From a virus (lineage: Duplodnaviria; Caudoviricetes), in IMG/VR virus record IMGVR_UViG_3300033463_000004, positions 128,001 through 192,000 of that record: DNA of 64,000 nucleotides. The stretch is one strand, 5' to 3'. The notes beneath the pieces were generated by a model. It did no database searches. It was not told the origin of the DNA and saw only the letters and a program-made list of their open reading frames with translations. Both the position numbers and the translations under genes were made by a program. Positions 30,294-39,480 of this stretch are shown piece by piece. The number at the start of each line of letters is the position of its first letter. The stretch's first letter is position 1.

Positions 30294-30309
30294 TCGGTGA
30301 TATAGTAAA

Positions 30310-30337
30310 AAGGTGCGGGGTTAATACCCCGCACCTT
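30310..30337 (-). terminator. Intrinsic terminator
   Basis: AAGGTGCGGGG-N6-CCCCGCACCTT with a T-run on the minus strand. Confidence 0.8.
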
Positions 30338-30348
30338 AATTATATTTA

Positions 30349-32304
30349 TCAAACGACGTTCAATGTGAGAATATCCAATTCAATAACTGGATCATCACTC
30401 CATGTTCCATCTGCACGGAGATAATGCGTTCCGTTTGTTCCAGATGCAGCAGCAGGTACAAGACCGTGTGTGCCAGCGGCATTTGCTGTTGATCCAACAT
30501 AATCCGAATTATTGTTGGAACCAAGTTGATTCAAATACTTCCACTGAGCAGTACCTGAAGCAGAATATACTAAAATCTGATCTGCAGCACCACCTGTCGG
30601 AATATGTTTGTTTCCGGCTGTTGTTGGGTGTGTATATATCGTTAAATCTGAATCTGGTTTATCACTGTATTTGCGCGTGATAACGCCATTGGATTTATAT
30701 ATAACATCCAATAATGCAGATACCGAAGGTGATTTCAGTGATACGAACGTTGTACCACTCCAACGATATGTTGGACCATCATCTTTTACCGGATCACTCA
30801 GGTCAACATAGATTTTATCACGTGCAGGCGTGATCTCTTGTGTTTTTGCAGAATCAGAGTAAATCTTTCCTGCCGTAGAATCATAGTAACACTCAATAAC
30901 ATCATCGACATATGATGGCAAATAAATCGAGTTAACAACTTTTGCACCACCATCAGTGATAATCAAATCATTTGTCGAGTCAGGTTTTGCTGGAACAAAT
31001 GCTGTTGTCGGTTGATAAGCTGCGGTGTTCAAACCATGAATTGTGACAGATTGTGCAGTTCCACCAGAAGGTGTAACAGTAAACTTACCATTTGTCGAAC
31101 CTTCCGCAAATGTGTATGTTGTATCTGTAAACACAGCGTCTGAAGGAACAGACACATTTACATTACCACCGATTGTATAGTTGTTTACCTTACTGACGAT
31201 ATTTGTTGCAACGATTTCACCTGCATTTGTTGATAAGTAAACACCTGTGTCAGCAACAGATTCAACTGCTGCTGCTGTCGTCGTAGGTGTTGTTGTTGTA
31301 CCAAGTAAATATGCTTTATGTGTTTCATCTTTGGTAACATTGACTTTGGTATCAGTATTGGTATTCGTTTGACAATAGATATCTGTTGACGTACCGTTGA
31401 TCGTGATCGTACCAATCTTTGTTCCAGATGTAAGCACCTGTGTAAATGAAGTTGTTCCGGTATTCAGAATCGTACCAGCTGTTGCAGGTAATGTTTGTGT
31501 AACATCAGCTGTTGTTAATGAAGCAGATGTTAAGATATTTGCATATGATCCACTTGTAACTGCTAATGAACCAACTTGCAATCTACCCGCAGTTGTAGTC
31601 AAGAATACACCAGTATCAGCAATTGATTCAACTGCTTGGTTGGATGACGTTGGTGTTGTTGATGAACCTAATAAATATGCCTTTGTTGTTGTACCAAGCT
31701 TCATATTAACCTTGGTATCAACATTCGTTTGACAATACAGATCCGTCGATGTTCCATCAATCGTAATCGTACCAACTTTTGTACCAGAAGTCAGATTACG
31801 AGTAAATGAAACTGTTGATTTTCCTGATGCTAAATCATATGCCGATTTAACCGCCGATGGTGTTGCAGCAACAGTTGTAGATGTCGAATCTGTTGCAGAT
31901 GAAAGTGTTGTAATACCATATACAGATGTAGATGCCGTTGGAACAGTTGACGTTGTGGCTGATCCGGTTGACGGTGTTAATGTTGTAACCCATGTATTTC
32001 CATCATATGCTCCGGATAAACTGTATGTCGTATCAGTGAATACTGCATTCGATGGAACATCCTTACCGACCGTATGTCCATTGACGGTTGCAGCAGCACC
32101 GGTCCATACAACAGAATGCCAATTGTTATACCAGTTTTGAATTTTACCCAATGCAAGCGCTAGGTCTTGTCCATGGGGGTGTTGTTCCGTTGTGGAACCA
32201 TCAATGTTTGAAGCATGGTTATTACCGCCTTCAACAGTGACATCTGAAGTAGCTTGTGAAAATGTAACATTTATTTTTACTTCATTAAATGTCTTGCTTG
32301 ACAT
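30349..32304 (-). CDS. Tail fibre protein
   Basis: Fibre repeats shared with 23184..27905; 'LPSYVDDVIE', 'GLVPA...YLRADGTW'. Confidence 0.8.
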   Translation of the reverse strand: MSSKTFNEVKINVTFSQATSDVTVEGGNNHASNIDGSTTEQHPHGQDLALALGKIQNWYNNWHSVVWTGAAATVNGHTVGKDVPSNAVFTDTTYSLSGAYDGNTWVTTLTPSTGSATTSTVPTASTSVYGITTLSSATDSTSTTVAATPSAVKSAYDLASGKSTVSFTRNLTSGTKVGTITIDGTSTDLYCQTNVDTKVNMKLGTTTKAYLLGSSTTPTSSNQAVESIADTGVFLTTTAGRLQVGSLAVTSGSYANILTSASLTTADVTQTLPATAGTILNTGTTSFTQVLTSGTKIGTITINGTSTDIYCQTNTNTDTKVNVTKDETHKAYLLGTTTTPTTTAAAVESVADTGVYLSTNAGEIVATNIVSKVNNYTIGGNVNVSVPSDAVFTDTTYTFAEGSTNGKFTVTPSGGTAQSVTIHGLNTAAYQPTTAFVPAKPDSTNDLIITDGGAKVVNSIYLPSYVDDVIECYYDSTAGKIYSDSAKTQEITPARDKIYVDLSDPVKDDGPTYRWSGTTFVSLKSPSVSALLDVIYKSNGVITRKYSDKPDSDLTIYTHPTTAGNKHIPTGGAADQILVYSASGTAQWKYLNQLGSNNNSDYVGSTANAAGTHGLVPAAASGTNGTHYLRADGTWSDDPVIELDILTLNVV

Positions 32305-32325
32305 GAAATCATCTCCTTTATGAAG

Positions 32326-33858
32326 TTACACCTCAACATTTAATGTGAGGCGATGATAGTCCGGAATACTTACAACACCGTTTGTGACATCCAAATCCTG
32401 TGAAAATTGCATGATGGTCGAAGTTTCACCATTCTCAATAGAGATTAATGACGGACCATTCATCTCGAGATGTGTTACTCCCGTATTTGTAATGACGTAT
32501 TTGCCAATTTCAATTGGCCATGATATTTCACAATATTGGAGTGAGTTCTCATCGATTGTAATGTCATTCTGTTCTTTTAATAGTAATATGACATATGTAG
32601 CATGTTCAGGACGTGTTGAATCACCGGATAATGTATGCCATGTTGAATCCATTTGTATGAATTCATGATTGGAATTATAATATGCTGCTTTCCATACCAT
32701 ATCTGTCGAATCTGTTGCTTGGGCTGATACATTCAACATCTGTGTCAAACCAGTTTCAATTTCAGGAGATCGAATGACATTTGTAATTGTATCATCATGA
32801 GTTCCAGTAGTTGGATCAATTGAACCTTGTTCCCAAGCCAATGACGTGATATCTTGTGTTGTTTCACCTTCATCAATAGAAATTCCATCACCAGCAACAT
32901 ATTCAGGAACTTCGCCTGATCCAGTTACCCATAAAACACCTTGCGAATTGACAGATAAACCATTGCCGACAATAACACCACCAAGTGTTTCCGTTGTTGC
33001 TGGTTCAATTGTTACTCCTTCGACCGTTTTCCATGTACCTTCCGCGGATAAGAATTTATCTTTATCAGCAGGATATGGTGCTGGTACCATACCGTCAGTA
33101 CCAGCATGCAAACCGTCAGTTCCTTCAAACACTTCATAGTTTTGCAAACTTGCAAGCTTTTCTTTTTCTTCACGAGTATATGACGCAGTAGTATCATTTA
33201 AGATATCAATGTTATTGTGTATATGTGCTTTTTCTTGTAATTCTTCGATATCTTCTTTGACTTCAGTGTCATCATAATTTTCCAAACTCGCAAGTTTTGT
33301 TTTTTCTTCACGAGTATATGGTGCAGTTGTTTGATCTAAAATATCTTTGTTCGCATGTGTATGTGAAGCATTTTCCAATCGGTTAATTGTTGGCATAATT
33401 TCAACACGTTTCACATATGCAGATAAGTCAACATCAAAAGCTCCACCAATAGAAATCCATTTACTATCATTCCATAAATATGTTATTGGATCTGGATATC
33501 CTGGATTATTTACAAATCGAATTTCTCCAAGTTTATTGCCAGTGATTGGTAATGATTCTTTTGTCGGATAAATTTGAGTTGATGGAATTGATACAGCTTT
33601 CAGATTTGTAATGATTCTGTCAACTTGTTCTTTTGTGTAATAATTGGATAAATCTCCACCTTCTCCACCTATATATGGGAGTTGACGATAATATTTATCA
33701 CCCTCGCCAACTTTCAATTTGGTGAGTCCTTCTGGAAATAATTCTATACACAGAACACCGCGTGGAATAGGCCAGTTTGCAATACCGGCTTCTGTCCACT
33801 GTTTGGATGTTCGGATGACATGTTCGAAATGATCATATTGAACATTTTGTGAAGCCAT
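32326..33858 (-). CDS. Tail-fibre base/adapter protein (Mtd-N/hyaluronidase-N-like start)
   Basis: 'W...N..I.RG.L.IE...KLKVGEG...Y.QLPY'; HTHANKDILD repeats; ATTETLGGV. Confidence 0.65.
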   Translation of the reverse strand: MASQNVQYDHFEHVIRTSKQWTEAGIANWPIPRGVLCIELFPEGLTKLKVGEGDKYYRQLPYIGGEGGDLSNYYTKEQVDRIITNLKAVSIPSTQIYPTKESLPITGNKLGEIRFVNNPGYPDPITYLWNDSKWISIGGAFDVDLSAYVKRVEIMPTINRLENASHTHANKDILDQTTAPYTREEKTKLASLENYDDTEVKEDIEELQEKAHIHNNIDILNDTTASYTREEKEKLASLQNYEVFEGTDGLHAGTDGMVPAPYPADKDKFLSAEGTWKTVEGVTIEPATTETLGGVIVGNGLSVNSQGVLWVTGSGEVPEYVAGDGISIDEGETTQDITSLAWEQGSIDPTTGTHDDTITNVIRSPEIETGLTQMLNVSAQATDSTDMVWKAAYYNSNHEFIQMDSTWHTLSGDSTRPEHATYVILLLKEQNDITIDENSLQYCEISWPIEIGKYVITNTGVTHLEMNGPSLISIENGETSTIMQFSQDLDVTNGVVSIPDYHRLTLNVEV

Positions 33859-33882
33859 AATAAGACCTCCTTTCTGTCAAGT

Positions 33883-33895
33883 TACTGAAACGTTT
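33883..33895 (-). promoter_or_regulatory. Late-type promoter AAACG-N6-TA
   Basis: AAACG TTTCAG TAA. Confidence 0.6.
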
Positions 33896-33901
33896 TTGTG
33901 C

Positions 33902-33933
33902 ATAATCGGGTGGGGATATCCCCACCCGATTAT
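33902..33933. terminator. Terminator hairpin
   Basis: ATAATCGGGTGGGG-ATAT-CCCCACCCGATTAT. Confidence 0.7.
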
Positions 33934-33939
33934 TTTGTA

Positions 33940-34917
33940 TTATTCATTTATATCCCATATACAAACAAAATCCACAATGTCAACAAGAGTTCTATCTAAC
34001 CAGCTATCTACTGTTCCATTAGTATTCATAATAGTGTCAGGATACTGCGCAGTGTTTCTTCTTCTGATAACACAAAATGGGAATTGGTAACTCGGTATAG
34101 GCACTTCCGGAGGTACTGTAAAGAGTCCAGTCTGCCAACCAGTTGAGAAGTTTCCCATCGTGATAGATACTTGCATAATAGCCATGTTGTCTATTATTTG
34201 TATACCTCCGGATGAACTGGAAACCTTTGTCGTATCAACACTTACTTGATACTCCGGTGTTATCACATCCCATGAGAAATCACCTGCCACAATTGCAGCA
34301 CTATTACCACTGATTGCAATATGCACTTCGCCGTTTGGTAAAATATATCCGGTGTAGTCAAATCCATAACCACCATTGCCACATTTGAACAGATATTTTG
34401 TGAATGGTCTGATTTCTTCTGGTAAAATAAATGCAAGTTTATCACCGGATACAGAAGACTTGAATGTTACTCTACCAGTCCATGTTACTTTTGGACCAAT
34501 CTTGACAGGTTTTCCAGTGACTTCCGATACATCGGAAGCCGGTGTAACCTCGTAAAATACTGGAACCGCACCTGTCTTGACATTGACATCAACGGACGAA
34601 TACCCATCAGCACTATCATCGGTGGCATTATATACGCCATTTTCAGTGATAGATTTGTCAATTAATACTGCAGGAGTTCCTCCGCCACCATGTGGATCCT
34701 CTTCAGGAAATAACTCATAAAAGTTATCACCGGTAATTGGATCACCCGTGGAAGAATCAGTTATATAATATTTTGAAAAATTAATTAAATACCGAATCTG
34801 TGATGCTGTTGCCGTAAATCCAACAACAGGATTCGGTTGATTAATGATCGCGATGTTCACATTGTTTCCAGGTGGAACTGTAACATCACGAACATCAATT
34901 ACCAGTGTAGAAGACAT
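33940..34917 (-). CDS. Virion protein with fibre-tip-like beta domains
   Basis: 'KSITENGVY...DGYSSVDVNV', 'FILPEEIRP' receptor-tip-like motif. Confidence 0.55.
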   Translation of the reverse strand: MSSTLVIDVRDVTVPPGNNVNIAIINQPNPVVGFTATASQIRYLINFSKYYITDSSTGDPITGDNFYELFPEEDPHGGGGTPAVLIDKSITENGVYNATDDSADGYSSVDVNVKTGAVPVFYEVTPASDVSEVTGKPVKIGPKVTWTGRVTFKSSVSGDKLAFILPEEIRPFTKYLFKCGNGGYGFDYTGYILPNGEVHIAISGNSAAIVAGDFSWDVITPEYQVSVDTTKVSSSSGGIQIIDNMAIMQVSITMGNFSTGWQTGLFTVPPEVPIPSYQFPFCVIRRRNTAQYPDTIMNTNGTVDSWLDRTLVDIVDFVCIWDINE

Positions 34918-34931
34918 TCATATCCCTCCGA

Positions 34932-36107
34932 TCATTCTTGTTCGATCAAAGGAACGAGCTTTCCGTCAAGCACATCAGTTGCCAGAGCTTCCTCAACTGG
35001 AATTGAATCGTCATTTGTTGTGGTATATTCCATTGTCGTCTGATACAACGTTCCAGGAATTAACCATACAATGGTTCCTTTGTGATATGTTGTACCTTTA
35101 CGATATTCATCACATGTGAGATACAGATTATTGAGATCATACTGCATCTCCTGAATCTGAAATTCCAGAGCATTTATCTTCTGCATAAGAGTTGCAATGA
35201 TCTGTTCAGTTGGATTAAACAAAGACTTGTAGATTCCATAAGAATCGCCAGCCATAATAGTATTCGACATGAATACAGTGAATGCGATACGTAGACGTGT
35301 TGTCACATTCAGCTGAACGGCAATACTCCAGTTCACATTCATTGAACCAATCATCAGTAACACATCTTGTGTCGTTGAGTTGATTGTGTCATGTTGAACT
35401 GCGACATGCGTATTGTTATTTGTCCATTGATAATATGGATTCAATGTATTGACAATATGTTCCTTTGTATCAATAACACCGACATATGCCTCGACACGTT
35501 CGATTGCCAACTGATATACACCGGCATAGTCAAGTTGTGGAATATTTGTCACAGCTATGTTTTTGAATGATGTGATGAAGAAATCATTGATATCAGTATA
35601 ATGGAACAGATGGTTGGAACAAGTTGAATCTACATGGGAAGAGTAAACCACACCACCATTACGATCGCGCAACGTGAAATGGAACCGGAAAATCACACTC
35701 GATTTTTGAATCGGAAGAACTTGTTCCAAAGTTTCATATTGAGAGGAAATCACACTTTCGATGAATGATTTCCATACTGTATTTGTGACAATGTCACCAG
35801 TCATATCAAAAGATCCTGTCAGATTAATGCAAGACGGATCAGTTGATTTCGAAATTCTGGTATAAACATTTTCAGAAACACTCAGTTTTGTGCCATATGT
35901 AGTCGAAGTGTTGTCCAACAAATATGGTGTATTGTTGATGATCATATATGCATTCTCTTGCATGTCACCGGACACAGGATACTGTGCAGTATTTGGTTGA
36001 TGCATACTGGTGCAACAATCACATTGATACAACGCACCTCTTGTGAACGGATATGACACGAGTACCGGTTGCTGAGATCCACAGCCTCCACATCCAATGT
36101 TGTTCAT
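34932..36107 (-). CDS. Hypothetical structural protein
   Basis: RBS GAGGAGG before ATG 36107; part of a late operon. Confidence 0.6.
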   Translation of the reverse strand: MNNIGCGGCGSQQPVLVSYPFTRGALYQCDCCTSMHQPNTAQYPVSGDMQENAYMIINNTPYLLDNTSTTYGTKLSVSENVYTRISKSTDPSCINLTGSFDMTGDIVTNTVWKSFIESVISSQYETLEQVLPIQKSSVIFRFHFTLRDRNGGVVYSSHVDSTCSNHLFHYTDINDFFITSFKNIAVTNIPQLDYAGVYQLAIERVEAYVGVIDTKEHIVNTLNPYYQWTNNNTHVAVQHDTINSTTQDVLLMIGSMNVNWSIAVQLNVTTRLRIAFTVFMSNTIMAGDSYGIYKSLFNPTEQIIATLMQKINALEFQIQEMQYDLNNLYLTCDEYRKGTTYHKGTIVWLIPGTLYQTTMEYTTTNDDSIPVEEALATDVLDGKLVPLIEQE

Positions 36108-36121
36108 AAAAATTTTCCTCC

Positions 36122-37405
36122 TCACTTGATTTTCAATGTTTGTTTAATAATCCATATAATGATCGGAGTCCATAAGAATACTTCTTGTGATAATGAATTA
36201 TCAAACAATTGATCGCCCGTATAGAGCGAAAGATCCTGAATTGTACGAATTCTGCCATGAATATAATCATGAATTAATGAAATATAATCATGACGAGAAA
36301 GTTTAAATGCACGGATACATTTATCACGACATTTACAGCATGGACAATCACAGATTTGACATTCACGGATATCATTCTCGGCTGCAAGAATATTGTATAC
36401 TTCCATTGGGAAGTATAAACCTTCACCCGGATTCAGACACCATTCATCACCAGGAATCATGATATCTACATCATATCCATAATTTGCAAATGATGAATCT
36501 GGGAATTCTGAACCTTTTACAGTTCGATATTTGAATGTCGAAAGATATCGTAATGGCGCCTCACGTTCAATCCATTTATATGGAGAACGTTGATAATGAA
36601 AATCCATTTCAGGTTTATTACGAATCTTATTTTCATTCAGAACAATATTCCGATGTCCATTATCACGTATCATAATTCCAGTACGTGCCATGAACATGTT
36701 TCCACAAACATCAAATAATGTTCGTCCATTTAAATGCAATAAGAAACAATTGTGTGTTCGATCATAATAATTGGCAATATAATTTTCAATCATATCATCA
36801 GTCATTTTGATCAGTCTGGAACGAAGCTCGTAATCTTCTTTACCAATGACAGGAGTAAGATCTTCACCACCAACAGTTTGAAGATCCATCACATATTTAC
36901 CGACAACTTGCTTTTCAAGATATTGCAGTTCTTTCGGTTCAGTTGTATATAAACTATATGTGATGCGATATGAGCCATCGGTATTCAATCCGTCTTGTGT
37001 AACTTCTGTGACACGAATCAAATGTGTCATACGCAAATGATTTACAATAAAGAAATCATTTTCTTTTGGCATAATTGTTCCAGGAATTATGAATGCTTCA
37101 CCATTTAAATTATAATCACGAACATTTGTAGAACCCGCATTTCCATTTTCTGGAGACAATGGAGAAAATGCAATCAATACCATGTTCTCAATTTTACGAT
37201 AACGCAAAGGTGAATCATTTCCAAGAATTTGATAAGCGTCATTCAGACCAAGTGAATCTGTTGTATTTTGCTCGTCGATATTAAAATATGTGACAAGTGT
37301 TCTACCGCTACCAGTATATTTATTAATACGAGAATGCAAAAATTTATCGTATTTATAAATTTGCTGATCGACTAACGATTTTTCGTCATAAATCAATTGT
37401 GCCAT
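36122..37405 (-). CDS. Hypothetical virion structural protein
   Basis: Long ORF; late-type promoter at 37455-37467. Confidence 0.6.
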   Translation of the reverse strand: MAQLIYDEKSLVDQQIYKYDKFLHSRINKYTGSGRTLVTYFNIDEQNTTDSLGLNDAYQILGNDSPLRYRKIENMVLIAFSPLSPENGNAGSTNVRDYNLNGEAFIIPGTIMPKENDFFIVNHLRMTHLIRVTEVTQDGLNTDGSYRITYSLYTTEPKELQYLEKQVVGKYVMDLQTVGGEDLTPVIGKEDYELRSRLIKMTDDMIENYIANYYDRTHNCFLLHLNGRTLFDVCGNMFMARTGIMIRDNGHRNIVLNENKIRNKPEMDFHYQRSPYKWIEREAPLRYLSTFKYRTVKGSEFPDSSFANYGYDVDIMIPGDEWCLNPGEGLYFPMEVYNILAAENDIRECQICDCPCCKCRDKCIRAFKLSRHDYISLIHDYIHGRIRTIQDLSLYTGDQLFDNSLSQEVFLWTPIIIWIIKQTLKIK

Positions 37406-37454
37406 CTTCTTATCACCAACTTTCAAAAAAGAAATTATAAACGTATCCAACGTT

Positions 37455-37467
37455 TACAATGCGGTTT
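37455..37467 (-). promoter_or_regulatory. Late-type promoter AAACC-N6-TA
   Basis: AAACC GCATTG TAA. Confidence 0.55.
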
Positions 37468-37494
37468 AATGAAAATATTTTATTTCTGAACACA

Positions 37495-37503
37495 TATATT
37501 ATT
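37495..37503 (+). promoter_or_regulatory. Early-type promoter TATATTATT
   Basis: Followed by the hairpin GCACGG-N18-CCGTGC and then the RBS. Confidence 0.6.
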
Positions 37504-37555
37504 GGGAAGCACGGATACAAAATATTTCTCTACCGTGCAGAAAGGAAGTATTATC

Positions 37556-38179
37556 ATGGTAAAAATCAGAATCATTAGCAGTGCACAGACCGATGTTACA
37601 GATCTGCGTGCAAAAGGTTGGCATGTCCTGGTATTCAGAGGCACAAAACTTGATGACGATTTCATCACATTCGAAAAGAAAGACATTCGATTTGTCGTTA
37701 AAATCGGTGAGAAGGATGGTAATCGTGTCGTTGAAATCTTCAAGTTCATCGATGGTCATCAGAAAGATGAGAAACAGTTCTTCGAAAACGGATGTGGCAT
37801 CAATGGTACTTACTGGATTTCCGAAGGTAAGACGAATGAGTTGACATACATGTTCTACAGAAATGAGAAGCTGCAGACTCTTATCGACGAATTCGGTATC
37901 CGTCGAGTTGTATTTCCGAAGGATCCTGGCGAAAAATTTGAGAAGGATGTATATCTGGATATCGAGAAAGCAAAACGTTATTCCGGAACATTACCGGAAG
38001 CTCCATCGTTCCATACAGATGGAACATATGAGGAAGTTGGCACTGATGTGAAGGGTACTCGTAAATGGCATGTCACAGATGCAAGTTACATTTATGAATA
38101 CAATACCCTCACACTTACAATTCCACAGGTATATGATACGGAAAAGATCCGCGAGTTATTGGATGAATTGACTCAGTAA
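37556..38179 (+). CDS. Early hypothetical protein
   Basis: RBS GAAAGGA before ATG 37556. Confidence 0.7.
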   Translation: MVKIRIISSAQTDVTDLRAKGWHVLVFRGTKLDDDFITFEKKDIRFVVKIGEKDGNRVVEIFKFIDGHQKDEKQFFENGCGINGTYWISEGKTNELTYMFYRNEKLQTLIDEFGIRRVVFPKDPGEKFEKDVYLDIEKAKRYSGTLPEAPSFHTDGTYEEVGTDVKGTRKWHVTDASYIYEYNTLTLTIPQVYDTEKIRELLDELTQ

Positions 38180-38197
38180 TACAAAGGAGGGTGTTCG

Positions 38198-39364
38198 ATG
38201 AGTGATATCCAATATAATTATCCAGTCGAAAAATTGGACGAACTCATCTCCATGATTTATGAACAGGGAATGACACCATTGTTGCCCCCTGATCTGCGTG
38301 CTGAAGTAGATCTTCGTTATCAGGAAATGCTTCATTATGGTGAAGATATTGACGACGACGATGATTCTGCATTTGCAAATGCAAGACGTCAGCATGAAGA
38401 AGTCATGAAGAACATTGAACAACAAAAGCGCAAATCTCATTCGAGAAATGTTCTCGTCTTGGAATTGACAGATGAAGAGAAAGCAGAATTAAAAGACGCC
38501 ATGTCATCATCTTATGTTCGTTCTGATCCGAATTTGCCATATTATATATCCGATAAAGATTTGGATATGAATGAAGAACGCAAGCGAATTTATGCACAAT
38601 TAAATTCGCTTGGAAAAGTGTATTATCATCAGGAAGATTTCAACAATGCAATTGCGATTATTGTTGAAGCAATCGAATTCTCGTTGAAATATGATTATCC
38701 TCATATACCACATGCAGAAGCGGTTAGAAGATTCAATGAAGGAACAATCAAATTCACGTATATTCAGATGCCAACATTATTCGTCGATTATAATACACAG
38801 ATTGATGATCCGAAACTTCTGAAAGGAATATTTACAGGTGATATCAATCTCACTGATAAAGATGCAGAACCTCCGAAGAAGAAGAAACGGAAATCCAAAC
38901 CTGTCGAGATGCCGTATTCTGTTATCACACCTGCACAGCATGCTGAAATGGTCAAGATCCATCAGATGGGATATAATACGGATATTTCTACAATCCTCAA
39001 AGCTTGTTCAACAGTTTACAATCGTTATGTGATCCCGACATCATTCACATATGGAAGCGATACACCGAAGACAATTCCAGAGTTCGATTGGATGCAACCA
39101 GATGCAGGTGCACAATATTTCGATCTCATTCATGGTGTAAAGCATAATACGACGGCAGAAATTGTAAGCTTGCTGAATGAACAAAACGACAGAAAGTTGA
39201 ATCATGTTCTTGGTACAAGTATGAAAGAATTCTTCCAGTCTTGGACACCCAAAGAGCAATCATTCAAAACAATATCAACATCATTGGAACAAACAAACGA
39301 GGCCGTTCAAATCGAGAACAAATTGCTTGATTTGATTAGACAGACAAATGCTGGAACAACATGA
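38198..39364 (+). CDS. Hypothetical protein
   Basis: RBS AAAGGAGG; 388 aa. Confidence 0.75.
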   Translation: MSDIQYNYPVEKLDELISMIYEQGMTPLLPPDLRAEVDLRYQEMLHYGEDIDDDDDSAFANARRQHEEVMKNIEQQKRKSHSRNVLVLELTDEEKAELKDAMSSSYVRSDPNLPYYISDKDLDMNEERKRIYAQLNSLGKVYYHQEDFNNAIAIIVEAIEFSLKYDYPHIPHAEAVRRFNEGTIKFTYIQMPTLFVDYNTQIDDPKLLKGIFTGDINLTDKDAEPPKKKKRKSKPVEMPYSVITPAQHAEMVKIHQMGYNTDISTILKACSTVYNRYVIPTSFTYGSDTPKTIPEFDWMQPDAGAQYFDLIHGVKHNTTAEIVSLLNEQNDRKLNHVLGTSMKEFFQSWTPKEQSFKTISTSLEQTNEAVQIENKLLDLIRQTNAGTT

Positions 39365-39431
39365 CAGAAAGGTAAGTCATGGCATATCCTTGTGCATTCG
39401 TATATGTCATTGACAACTTTTCCTTTCGGTT

Positions 39432-39480
39432 CGGATATAAATGGCGGGGCAAATGCCCCGCCACATATCCGTATTTTTTT
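39432..39480 (+). terminator. Intrinsic terminator
   Basis: TGGCGGGGC-AAAT-GCCCCGCCA in an extended stem with a T7 tail. Confidence 0.8.

Noticed and set aside
23184-33858. Diversity-generating retroelement or invertible fibre cassette
   Set aside because: The repeats are direct and differ mostly at synonymous positions, not specifically at adenines; no reverse transcriptase or invertase gene is present in the window.
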